A stretch of 64,000 nt of DNA from Oscillospiraceae bacterium (GCA_015067305.1 SVMT01000007.1:28770-92769); one strand, 5' to 3'. Positions 27,208-35,364 are shown, numbered from the stretch's first letter. Notes: generated by a model from the sequence alone, not told the origin. Program-made: numbers and translations.

Positions 27208-27237
27208 ATTATACCACCAAACGGTCTCTTTTGTCAA
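27208..27237 (-). promoter_or_regulatory. serC-serA promoter (TTGACA-18-TATAAT)
   Basis: minus-strand TTGACAaaagagaccgtttggtggTATAAT. Confidence 0.6.
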
Positions 27238-27308
27238 GACCGAACATGACAAGTTTTCAAATAATTCAAAATATATGTCTTCAAAACCATAAAAACAGTT
27301 ATTTCAGC

Positions 27309-28655
27309 CTATCTTTTCTTATTTTTCTTCATTTCGGTTATTTTCACACGATCCCTTTTCTTACGAAGTTCCTCACGTATACGTTTTTTATTGGCGAGGA
27401 ACACCACGACCGTATAACCGACGGTAATTATGAGAATGATTATAAAAACAGTCCACACATAGGGATTCTTGAAGAATTTCGAGATGTAGCCCGTATACTG
27501 ACCGACTATATCAAGAGCAACGTCTGTCTGGGCAAGAAGTTCAACACTTCCAAGAAGTTTGCCGTCGTAATAATAATCCACAGTTCCTATCTTCTGTCCT
27601 TTTACGATAGGTGCGTGAATGGAATCGGGAACATTATATACCTGCAAAATATCCTTATCGGGAACGCTTCGGGGCATGGAGACTTCCAAGGTTTTATCCG
27701 CAACGGAAGTTACATAGTCACGGTCTTTACCCAGAACGACTTCGACCTCCGCAACAGGAGAATTCGCCTGAACAATAGTTCTGAAAGCGTATTCATTGAC
27801 GGAAAATGTCAGCATCTCCGCCACATCTGTCAGTATCCCGCCAAAAGATTCCGTTCCTATGGCAACAGATACAAGTCTCATATTTTTATTTACTGCAATA
27901 CTTGCAAGAGCAAAACCCTGCTCCGCATTTCCCGACATGGCAAGCCCTGTGGCTCTTTTTGAATGATATCCGCTGTTGGGGTCAATAAGAAGATTCTTCG
28001 TGTACATGGTTCTTCTTGAACTGCCAACAGAAAACTCAATGAAACGGCTGTCGGAATAGTCCTCTATGTAGTCGAGAGACAATGCATGAGTGATTATCTT
28101 TGCAATATCTCTCATAGTAGTCAGCTGACGTGTTCCTGCAGAAAAATAGCCCGTAACATTCGTAAAGATCGTATTTTCAGCGCCAAGCTCCCTTGCTCTG
28201 AGGTTCATCTGACCTACAAAATCGTTCACATTTCCTGCGAGAGTCGTAGCTATGGCAACGGCACATTCCTGCGAGTTGGCAACAAGTACGCACTTCATAA
28301 GGTCACGCAATGATACCACATGACCGTTGGCAAGATTTGCGGAGCTTTTTTCAGGAGTATTCTTCAGCATTTCGGAAGTGATAGTCACCTGAGTTTCCAG
28401 ACTTACACCTGATTCCACAAGCAGAATACAAGTCATAAGACGCGGAAGAAAAGCGCAATAAACAAGATCATTTGGATTCTTGGCATAAAGTTCGTAGCCC
28501 GAATCCGCATTGAAAATTATTGCGTGTTCGGCAGATATTTCCAACGTATTCGGCTCTTCACTCTCGGCACGTGCAGGAACTGCCAAAAGAACGGTGAAGA
28601 GCAAACATATTATCAATAAAAATGAAAAGCAGCGATTTTTTAAACTGGCGGTCAT
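27309..28655 (-). CDS. peptidase S11 (D-Ala-D-Ala carboxypeptidase, PBP5)-like protein with degenerate active-site motifs and a C-terminal TM anchor
   Basis: signal peptide, overall collinearity with DacA/DacF, C-terminal TM plus Lys/Arg-rich tail; SxxK, SxN and KTG positions read FLPR, SQE and MSG; start chosen at ATG 28655 (AGGGA RBS; a TGATATAAT -10 lies just upstream of the ORF-track ATG at 28700). Confidence 0.7.
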   Translation of the reverse strand: MTASLKNRCFSFLLIICLLFTVLLAVPARAESEEPNTLEISAEHAIIFNADSGYELYAKNPNDLVYCAFLPRLMTCILLVESGVSLETQVTITSEMLKNTPEKSSANLANGHVVSLRDLMKCVLVANSQECAVAIATTLAGNVNDFVGQMNLRARELGAENTIFTNVTGYFSAGTRQLTTMRDIAKIITHALSLDYIEDYSDSRFIEFSVGSSRRTMYTKNLLIDPNSGYHSKRATGLAMSGNAEQGFALASIAVNKNMRLVSVAIGTESFGGILTDVAEMLTFSVNEYAFRTIVQANSPVAEVEVVLGKDRDYVTSVADKTLEVSMPRSVPDKDILQVYNVPDSIHAPIVKGQKIGTVDYYYDGKLLGSVELLAQTDVALDIVGQYTGYISKFFKNPYVWTVFIIILIITVGYTVVVFLANKKRIREELRKKRDRVKITEMKKNKKR

Positions 28656-28803
28656 TTTAGTTTTCCCTGTAAATTTCAATAATATTTTCACCGTAAACAT
28701 CAGTGAAAGTTCTACATTTAATTATATCATATTTACAGCAAAAACGCCATACCGTGATTTTGAAAAATTTGAAAATTTTCTCGTAGTAATCTGTTTTATC
28801 GGC

Positions 28804-28974
28804 TCATTTGGAGCCATCTTCACGTTTAAGTCCCAGCACGCACTCATGGCAGGAGTTTTCCGCCCTGCAGGAGATACAAGTCTCCTCATGCTCCGCAGTA
28901 GCGGCGACACGAATTATAACATTCTCGCCGCGGGAAGGACAATAGCGTTCCTTAACAGTATATTCTTTACCCAT
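28804..28974 (-). CDS. small Cys-rich (zinc-ribbon-like) protein, 56 aa (below the ORF-track cutoff)
   Basis: manual translation MGKEYTVKERYCPSRGENVIIRVAATAEHEETCISCRAENSCHECVLGLKREDGSK; its ATG overlaps the upstream gene's stop (TGATG). Confidence 0.45.
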   Translation of the reverse strand: MGKEYTVKERYCPSRGENVIIRVAATAEHEETCISCRAENSCHECVLGLKREDGSK

Positions 28975-29174
28975 CATTCCGTTCCTCCGCCGTTGATCAA
29001 AGTTCTGACATACGCCCGCATTTCAGCGCCACTCTGTATGGTGTGGGCGTTTTCGATAAAATCCTGCTGTTGCGGAACCGTCAGCGCACCGAAAGCCTTG
29101 AGCGCTTCCGTATTCTGCGCAAGAGCCATACCCAAACCCAATGGGATATCTGAATTGGTAAGATTTTTTTCCAT
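28974..29174 (-). CDS. small conserved-looking hypothetical protein (66 aa)
   Basis: clean ORF MEKNLTNSDIPLGLGMALAQN..A...F..L......FI......Q...EM..YV; host codon usage; coupled to the downstream Cys-rich ORF. Confidence 0.6.
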   Translation of the reverse strand: MEKNLTNSDIPLGLGMALAQNTEALKAFGALTVPQQQDFIENAHTIQSGAEMRAYVRTLINGGGTE

Positions 29175-29307
29175 TATTACACCGTCCGTTTCTAAATCTG
29201 TAGTGCAAATATTTTATTCAGGAACTTCTCAAATATTCACAATTACGGAAAAAAATCATATTTTATTAGTGACTGCGGTCAAATAAACGGAAAGGAATTG
29301 TACTGTT

Positions 29308-29436
29308 ATGTTTTTATCCGGACGCTCAAATGACAGCTGGTGGATAATCATCATCGCTGTTGTAATTTTATTTATAATCTTCAAAGACAATGACAACGAC
29401 TGCTGCTGCGAGAAGCAGCTTCCACCCTGCTGTTAG
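29308..29436 (+). CDS. possible tiny membrane peptide with a Cys-rich tail (42 aa)
   Basis: manual translation MFLSGRSNDSWWIIIIAVVILFIIFKDNDNDCCCEKQLPPCC; weak RBS (AGGA 12 nt upstream); followed by a hairpin repeat. Confidence 0.3.
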   Translation: MFLSGRSNDSWWIIIIAVVILFIIFKDNDNDCCCEKQLPPCC

Positions 29437-29456
29437 AGGGGTAGTTCTATTTTTGC

Positions 29457-29505
29457 GGGGAAAGAAAAAACTTTCCCCGAAGCCCTTACAATAAAACCGA
29501 ATTGG
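29457..29505 (+). repeat. intergenic double-hairpin repeat, type I (short copy)
   Basis: GGGGAAAGAAAAAACTTTCCCC-GAAGCCCTTACAATAAAACCGAATTGG. Confidence 0.75.
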
Positions 29506-29593
29506 ATATAAAACGGAGTGGCTCATTTAACGCAGAACGAAATCCCCCAATTAAATTTAAGAAAGAAACCAAAAATTCTTATTTGAGCTTTAA

Positions 29594-29628
29594 AATATCA
29601 TCCACCGAAAAATTTTCGGTGGATGATA
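29594..29628. terminator. bidirectional terminator after the DUF4838 gene
   Basis: ATCATCCACCGAAAA-loop-TTTTCGGTGGATGAT. Confidence 0.75.
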
Positions 29629-29639
29629 TTCAAATATAT

Positions 29640-31886
29640 TTACTGTCCGCCATACAGTTTCTGTGCTTCAAACCAATAACCGGGAAGATAAGAAAGTGCG
29701 ACATCGTCAAATTTCTCAGGCATAGGATTCCAACTCTCACGCGGGAGGAAATTCAGCTCATTCAATCTGTCAAAAAGATACTTGTTATACTGCAGATAGC
29801 TGTTATAAACAGAAGCCTCAACATAATTACGTATCTCAACTCTGTATTTTGAGATCTCATCCTTTGTGAACATGTCAGGATTTGCTTTAAAGAAATTTGT
29901 CAAGATCTTATTGGTCGCACCACTCCATGAATCCGCAACACGGATATATTGGAAATTATCAAGAGGTTTGACCTTATCCCCCACACCCCATTTAGCGGCA
30001 TAGAGATACGATCTGAGGAATTCGATCTGGAAAGAATCCTTTGCGATACGGGAACGCTGTTCCTCTGTTTCAGCAAGTGCGAGAGCTTCACCGAAAAGTT
30101 TTTCTCCATCAGTCATGATTCTCGGAGGCTCAACATCGTTGAACCAATTATAATAAACAGTCCAGTCGTAATTCTGATAATTACGGATCATATCCTCTGT
30201 AAGAGCTTCGGGATATGAGTCCTGAGGATGAATGTTTTCAAGAACCTTAAAGGGATAGGATGCAATAGGTTCATGAGATGCTCTCTTATGTCCTGAAGAA
30301 TACTCTTCCTGAGCAAGAAGAATGAAGTTTTTGATGCTCTGCCAACCAGGTCCGTAAACATTTACAAGGAATTCGTCCATGTGAGCATAATACTCATCCT
30401 TTGTCATATCTGTATCCCACATAAGCTTAGTCATAAGATAGCTTTTCAATTCAGTAAAAGTAGATGCACTGCTATGAGACACGCCCTGATAAAAATATCC
30501 GCAGATATTATGTTCCATATAGAATTTGAAATCTTCATAAATAACATCGAAATCGGCAACAAGAGAGTGGTAATGGTCCCAGTTCATATTGTAGCCGTAA
30601 GCCATTATCTTGTTTGTCAAAGACAGCCAGTCATTAACATCTTTAGAGACTGAATTAAATGTACCGTCAATCATTGTAATATCACCGTCTATAGGACAGT
30701 TGGAATTGAGCGGATGAGCAGCACAAGCATCTATGGGAGCAAACTGGATGATTATATTATCGGCAGGAGCCGTAACAGGTGCGCTGCGTGTAAAGCGATA
30801 CGCATATGTCATAAGATAGCGTCCGTTCAGTTCTTCCTTTACGCCTTCTGAAATTTTATTCAAAGCTCTGATAAGAGTTCCTGAAATAGCCCCGCCTTCT
30901 TCAGCGTATATTTTCATACACTCATCGCACTTACAGTAATCCGCATTGTCATTGGCTGAAACATGGAAGATCTCAGCATCAGGATTATCAAGAATATACT
31001 TTCTTGTTGCCTCTGTAAGTATAGAAACAACTTCGGGATTTGAAAGACAGAGCTGATGATAATAATCGGAGCCTACAGGCTGACCGTATCCGCGGACCCC
31101 ATTTTCATCCATCGCAAAATATTCAGGATGTTCTTCAAAGTAATCTTCATCACGGAGCATCCAGTCAAAAGTATGTCCGCCGATCCAAAGTTCACAGCCG
31201 CCGTATTCATCCGTAGGAAGGGCACTGTAATGCACAAAATTAACTCTGCGTTTTGCAAGAAGCTCATTCTGACGGTAGTCATACCAGCCTAAAAATCTGA
31301 ATTCCAATTTTGCAAGCTGTTTATCTTCTTCAATTTTTTCAATAGAAACAGTTTTAAGTTCGGGAATTTTTTCCACGGTTTTGGTGAAGAACCGACAGCC
31401 CAGATAGTCTTCCAGGAACTCATAAACGGCATAAAGAGTACCTCTCTGTTCACCGCCCACAAGCCAAAGCTTTTCGCCTGTTGTTTTTATAATAAAGCCT
31501 TCGTCACCGAGCTCATTGCGGTCAAATTCACCGTCAGATTCACGGTTTGTCTTTCCAACTACGATCTCCTTTTTAACAGGAACAGAAGAATCAGTAACGA
31601 TCTCAAGCTCAACACCCGTGATTTTTTTCAGATAAGCCTGAAGTTCTTTTGCGGCTGTAACTTCGGAAATATACGCATTCTCGCCTCTGACGATAACATA
31701 CTCCGAAACACCGTCAACTACAAGATCAATTTTTTCCGACATAGTATCATCTTCCTTTCCATTATCGACTTTTTGCTGTTGGTTGTCAGGATTTTCAACA
31801 TCTTCAACAGGTTCTTGACCGCAAGCTGCAAGAAATGTAAACATCACTGACACGGCAAGAAACAAACTTAAAAATTTAATCTTCAT
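29640..31886 (-). CDS. DUF4838-like lipoprotein (putative glycan-active, GH20/GH67-N-like N-terminal domain)
   Basis: lipobox FLAAC after a signal peptide; N-terminal block ...YVIV.......E..AAKELQ.YLKKITG..L.I typical of DUF4838 proteins. Confidence 0.6.
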   Translation of the reverse strand: MKIKFLSLFLAVSVMFTFLAACGQEPVEDVENPDNQQQKVDNGKEDDTMSEKIDLVVDGVSEYVIVRGENAYISEVTAAKELQAYLKKITGVELEIVTDSSVPVKKEIVVGKTNRESDGEFDRNELGDEGFIIKTTGEKLWLVGGEQRGTLYAVYEFLEDYLGCRFFTKTVEKIPELKTVSIEKIEEDKQLAKLEFRFLGWYDYRQNELLAKRRVNFVHYSALPTDEYGGCELWIGGHTFDWMLRDEDYFEEHPEYFAMDENGVRGYGQPVGSDYYHQLCLSNPEVVSILTEATRKYILDNPDAEIFHVSANDNADYCKCDECMKIYAEEGGAISGTLIRALNKISEGVKEELNGRYLMTYAYRFTRSAPVTAPADNIIIQFAPIDACAAHPLNSNCPIDGDITMIDGTFNSVSKDVNDWLSLTNKIMAYGYNMNWDHYHSLVADFDVIYEDFKFYMEHNICGYFYQGVSHSSASTFTELKSYLMTKLMWDTDMTKDEYYAHMDEFLVNVYGPGWQSIKNFILLAQEEYSSGHKRASHEPIASYPFKVLENIHPQDSYPEALTEDMIRNYQNYDWTVYYNWFNDVEPPRIMTDGEKLFGEALALAETEEQRSRIAKDSFQIEFLRSYLYAAKWGVGDKVKPLDNFQYIRVADSWSGATNKILTNFFKANPDMFTKDEISKYRVEIRNYVEASVYNSYLQYNKYLFDRLNELNFLPRESWNPMPEKFDDVALSYLPGYWFEAQKLYGGQ

Positions 31887-31980
31887 AATTCAAAACACCC
31901 ACTGATTTATATACTAAAGCAAATACATTATACAACAAAAACCATACATTGTCAATACCTTTATTTTTTTTGCAAAAAAA

Positions 31981-32036
31981 CTGAACCGCTCCGATTTATA
32001 CTATATGCATAAATCGGGGCAGTTCAAAACGGTTCT
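31981..32036 (-). terminator. long hairpin terminator after the 135-aa membrane protein gene
   Basis: minus-strand GAACCG...CCCGATTTA-loop-TAAATCGG..CGGTTC followed by TTTTTTT. Confidence 0.6.
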
Positions 32037-32142
32037 ATAATAAATGTTGGGGTAATGCTCAACATTTATTTTTTTGTTCATAAAAAAAGGTTGAACATAA
32101 GCAAAAAATCCTGTATAATGTAAATCACCACAACAAAACATT

Positions 32143-32550
32143 CTACTGTTGAGTTGTAAGCTGTATCTGTTCGGGTACGATAAGTCCGTTATTACTGATC
32201 TTAAGCTGATCCGCATAAACATTAACAGTCAAATAGTCTCCGACTTCAAGATCTGAAAACTTAATATACATAAGACGATTGGTATCGTAATCAACATAAA
32301 TGAGCTTACGCTCTTCACTCAATTTACTGCAATCTATGGCAGACTTTTTCTCAAAGAAAGAGTCTCTATCATCACAATCATTAACGTAAATGATCTGCTT
32401 TTCAGCATCAATTCTGACTATTTCCACATTCAAACCCATATATAAAAAATTCTCCGCTTGATCATCTTGGTCATACACAATAAATATAACCACACATGTC
32501 AACAAGACTACGCATATAAACGCTAAAGCCACAGATAATATTTTTTTCAA
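32143..32550 (-). CDS. membrane-anchored hypothetical protein (135 aa)
   Basis: N-terminal TM/signal anchor MKKILSVALAFICVVLLTCVVIFIV; no recognisable domain. Confidence 0.5.
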   Translation of the reverse strand: MKKILSVALAFICVVLLTCVVIFIVYDQDDQAENFLYMGLNVEIVRIDAEKQIIYVNDCDDRDSFFEKKSAIDCSKLSEERKLIYVDYDTNRLMYIKFSDLEVGDYLTVNVYADQLKISNNGLIVPEQIQLTTQQ

Positions 32551-32612
32551 GTAGAGCTCCTTTCCATCGCCTTTTCAGGCGGAACAAAAATGTTTTTGGA
32601 AACAAGGTTGCA

Positions 32613-32768
32613 TTAAGCAATCCTATAAGCAAAAAGTAAGACGATTCTTTTATACATGATCTCAAGGTCTGAATAAGGAATGGATCTGACCGCAAAGAAG
32701 CGTGAAACTTTTGACATTATAAACAAAACAGGAATCAGCCCCAAAAGTATACCTGAAATCAAATACAT
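32613..32768 (-). CDS. possible small membrane protein (51 aa; below the ORF-track cutoff)
   Basis: manual translation MYLISGILLGLIPVLFIMSKVSRFFAVRSIPYSDLEIMYKRIVLLFAYRIA; AAAGGTG RBS; about 40 nt downstream of a perfect TTGACA-17-TATAAT promoter. Confidence 0.35.
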   Translation of the reverse strand: MYLISGILLGLIPVLFIMSKVSRFFAVRSIPYSDLEIMYKRIVLLFAYRIA

Positions 32769-32816
32769 CACAAATATCACACCTTTCAATCACCAAATAT
32801 CATATTTTCTGTTTAT

Positions 32817-32845
32817 ATTATACCATAATATACATAATATGTCAA
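32817..32845 (-). promoter_or_regulatory. consensus promoter (TTGACA-17-TATAAT) upstream of the 51-aa and 135-aa membrane protein genes
   Basis: minus-strand TTGACAtattatgtatattatggTATAAT. Confidence 0.6.
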
Positions 32846-32963
32846 GATACAAACACAAATCAACATTAACATTTTTGTAAACTAACACTATACTATTTCA
32901 AACCTTCATTGATTTTCTATACAATATATTCATAATGATTATAGATAAAGCAACCGTAAAATT

Positions 32964-33070
32964 CCTTGTAAAGCATTTTCAATGCTTTACACTAAAGTTT
33001 TTTTGGAAAAGGGTATGGGGAAAACCTATTTTTACAAAAGATGGTTTTCCCCATAAAATACAAACTATAC
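32964..33070 (+). repeat. about 105-bp intergenic repeat, type II (copy 2)
   Basis: TAAAGCATTTTCAATGCTTTA + GGGGAAAACCTATTTTTACAAAAGATGGTTTTCCCC. Confidence 0.85.
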
Positions 33071-33076
33071 TAAATC

Positions 33077-33703
33077 TTAAATCTCAGCAACAATAACGCC
33101 GTTGAGCATCATATTGTAGAGCGCAAAGCGGTGCATCACGTTCCCGTCATGGGCTTCGGTGGTAAAGGTCTGAGTTGCGTTTTCAAGAACCACAACATTC
33201 ATTTTTTTGTTGTTCTGATTTGCATAAGCCTTCAGGGCAAGGGCGTACTGCATGACACAGATATCCGTCATTCCGCCGCCGATGACATAATTCACAACGT
33301 CTTTATTTTCAGCCGTCCAGCGCAGATATTCGGGACAGAAGAACGGATTCGTACCGTTTTTAGCGATAACAGTCGCTCCGGGCAAAAAACGGTCAAGTTC
33401 TTCGATCACGGTACACTCTTCCTTGGTGTCACAATGTTCGGGAAAAGTCTTGAACTCAACACTCTGAAAGTTGTGGGAATCATAGATAAAAAGCCTGCGG
33501 CTGTGCAGAAAATACTCGTTCATCTGGATCAGGCGAGGAATCTTTGCGGCAACCTGAGGCGACGCAAAATAGCCGTCCTTGAAGTACCCGTTCACGGTGT
33601 TGATGTTAACAACAACGGTTTTCGCGGGGTCAAGGGGGACTTTGCGGATATTCACGGTCATTTCGTCAAGAATTTTATCGGCGCTTCGTGAAAATAAAGC
33701 CAT
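33077..33703 (-). CDS. isochorismatase-family cysteine hydrolase
   Basis: family layout with conserved Lys (IAKNGTNPF) and the nucleophile block GGMTDICV. Confidence 0.7.
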   Translation of the reverse strand: MALFSRSADKILDEMTVNIRKVPLDPAKTVVVNINTVNGYFKDGYFASPQVAAKIPRLIQMNEYFLHSRRLFIYDSHNFQSVEFKTFPEHCDTKEECTVIEELDRFLPGATVIAKNGTNPFFCPEYLRWTAENKDVVNYVIGGGMTDICVMQYALALKAYANQNNKKMNVVVLENATQTFTTEAHDGNVMHRFALYNMMLNGVIVAEI

Positions 33704-33718
33704 TTTGGTTCCCTTTCA

Positions 33719-34357
33719 TTACATTCTCTGAATCTTTTCGATATACGAATTTCTGTCACTCTGCGCAAAAACAGCAGAGCCGAGAACTGCAACATCAACG
33801 CCGCTTTCAACGGTCATTGCAAGTGTCTCGTCGTTTATTCCGCCGTCAGCCTGAACAATAGTATCAAGACCTCTGCGAGCGATCTCAGCTTTGATGACCT
33901 TTACTTTCTCAAGGCAGTCGGTGATCATTTTCTGACCTCCGAACCCCGGCTCAACGGTCATTACAAGGACCATGTAGAGCTTATCAAGATAGGGGAAAAC
34001 CGCTTCCGCAGGAGTATTTGGCTTTATGGAAAGAGAGGGTTTTACGCCAAGCTCTGTGATAGTATCAATGAGTTTTCCGCAATTTTCGGTAGCTTCCACA
34101 TGGAAAGTTATGATATCAGCCCCTGCTTTTGCGAACTGAGGCACATATTTTTCAGGATCGGATATCATAAGATGACAGTCAAGGACCATATCCGTAGCTT
34201 TTCTGATGCTCTGAACAACGGGAATACCGATGGAAATATTAGGTACAAAATGTCCGTCCATAACATCAAGGTGAAGCATATCCGCAGAATTTACTGTTTT
34301 TATTTCGTTTTTGATGTCGGCAAAATCGCACGACAAAAGTGAGGGAGCGACCTGCAT
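33719..34357 (-). CDS. rpe: ribulose-phosphate 3-epimerase
   Basis: APS.LS.DF......E......AD..H.DVMDG.FVPN...G, MTV.PGFGGQ motifs. Confidence 0.93.
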   Translation of the reverse strand: MQVAPSLLSCDFADIKNEIKTVNSADMLHLDVMDGHFVPNISIGIPVVQSIRKATDMVLDCHLMISDPEKYVPQFAKAGADIITFHVEATENCGKLIDTITELGVKPSLSIKPNTPAEAVFPYLDKLYMVLVMTVEPGFGGQKMITDCLEKVKVIKAEIARRGLDTIVQADGGINDETLAMTVESGVDVAVLGSAVFAQSDRNSYIEKIQRM

Positions 34358-34369
34358 ATGTATTTTCTC

Positions 34370-35125
34370 CTATTCTTTGATTCTGATTATTGTTTTCTTT
34401 TCGGTATCGACTACAACGCCGCAAACGACACCGTCACCGTCAATATGTTCGAAATTGGTATTCATACCTGTGACGAAGCGACGAATGGAACATTCGGGTT
34501 TTGCACCGAGGACAGACTCCTGCACACCCGTCATGCCAACATCGGTAATATAGGCTGTACCCTTGGGCATTATCTGCTCGTCAGCGGTCTCAATATGGGT
34601 ATGAGTACCGAAAATTCCGTCTACCCTGCCGTCAAGATAATAAGCCATTGCTTTTTTCTCGCTTGTGGCTTCTGCGTGGAAATCCACAAAAATGAAGTCG
34701 CAATCGTCCTTGACCCTGTCGATTATTCTGTCAGCCGCCGCAAAGGGATTGTCGCAGGGATCCATTCCTACCTGACCCATGAGGTTGATAAAGCAGACTT
34801 TGCCTTTACAGCAGTCGAGAATAGTATACCCTTGACCTGCAGCCGCTGAGGGAAAGTTTGCGGGGCGGATGATGAACTCGTTCTCGTCAAGAAAACCTGC
34901 CAGCTTACGCTGTCTGAAAGCGTGGTTTCCAAGTGTGATGACATCGACACCGAGATAGTGAAGATCTTCCGCTTCGGAGGGTGTTATTCCGTTATACGGG
35001 TTCATATTTTCGCCGTTTGCCGCAACGAAATCAATATTGTATTTCTTAATGAGACCGTCAATGTTCCTGCGGACTGCCTCCGCACCCGGAACGCCGACAA
35101 TGTCTCCCATAAATAAAAGTCTCAA
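34370..35125 (-). CDS. ymdB: YmdB-family metallophosphoesterase (TIGR00282-like)
   Basis: MRLLFMGDIVG..G, ..NGEN, DFHAEATSEK, GTHTH motifs. Confidence 0.85.
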   Translation of the reverse strand: MRLLFMGDIVGVPGAEAVRRNIDGLIKKYNIDFVAANGENMNPYNGITPSEAEDLHYLGVDVITLGNHAFRQRKLAGFLDENEFIIRPANFPSAAAGQGYTILDCCKGKVCFINLMGQVGMDPCDNPFAAADRIIDRVKDDCDFIFVDFHAEATSEKKAMAYYLDGRVDGIFGTHTHIETADEQIMPKGTAYITDVGMTGVQESVLGAKPECSIRRFVTGMNTNFEHIDGDGVVCGVVVDTEKKTIIRIKE

Positions 35126-35162
35126 ATTATTTCTCCTTTTAGAGGAAAGATTTCTTTTTGGT

Positions 35163-35233
35163 GGGGAAAACTTCTTTTCGCGGAAAAAGAAGTTTTCCCC
35201 ACACCCCTTTCAAGAAAACCGAATTGGGGTGTG
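35163..35233 (+). repeat. intergenic double-hairpin repeat, type I (most complete copy)
   Basis: GGGGAAAACTTCTTTTCGCGGAAAAAGAAGTTTTCCCC-ACACCCCTTTCAAGAAAACCGAATTGGGGTGTG. Confidence 0.9.
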
Positions 35234-35298
35234 TTAAAAAAATTAAAATCAATAGCTGACGCAGATAAATTATAAATCAGAATGATCGAAAATTATAT

Positions 35299-35348
35299 GC
35301 GAAAAAGAAGTTTTCCCCACACCCTTTTCAAGAAAACCGAATTGTGGG
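35299..35348 (+). repeat. intergenic double-hairpin repeat, type I (5'-truncated copy, 66 bp after the complete one)
   Basis: GCGAAAAAGAAGTTTTCCCCACACCCTTTTCAAGAAAACCGAATTGTGGG. Confidence 0.85.
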
Positions 35349-35364
35349 CTCTATCAAATTTATT

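Noticed and set aside
32680-32880. 66-aa plus-strand ORF and 74-aa minus-strand ORF (32471-32695) in the gap upstream of the 135-aa gene
   Set aside because: Neither has an RBS or promoter in the correct orientation, and the sequence is low-complexity and AT-driven. The minus-strand 74-aa ORF overlaps the start of the 135-aa gene in another frame. The 51-aa ORF behind the consensus promoter explains the region better.
33077-33703. Possible loss of the catalytic Asp in the isochorismatase-family protein (VVVNINTVNGYF where VxDxQNDF is expected)
   Set aside because: An alignment by eye around a one-residue indel is too uncertain. The Lys and Cys of the triad are present, so this is not reported as a finding.
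8266-35348. Hairpin repeats as a possible CRISPR array
   Set aside because: The copies are dispersed singly over 27 kb, apart from one adjacent pair. They are not regularly spaced, vary in length and orientation, and there are no cas genes.
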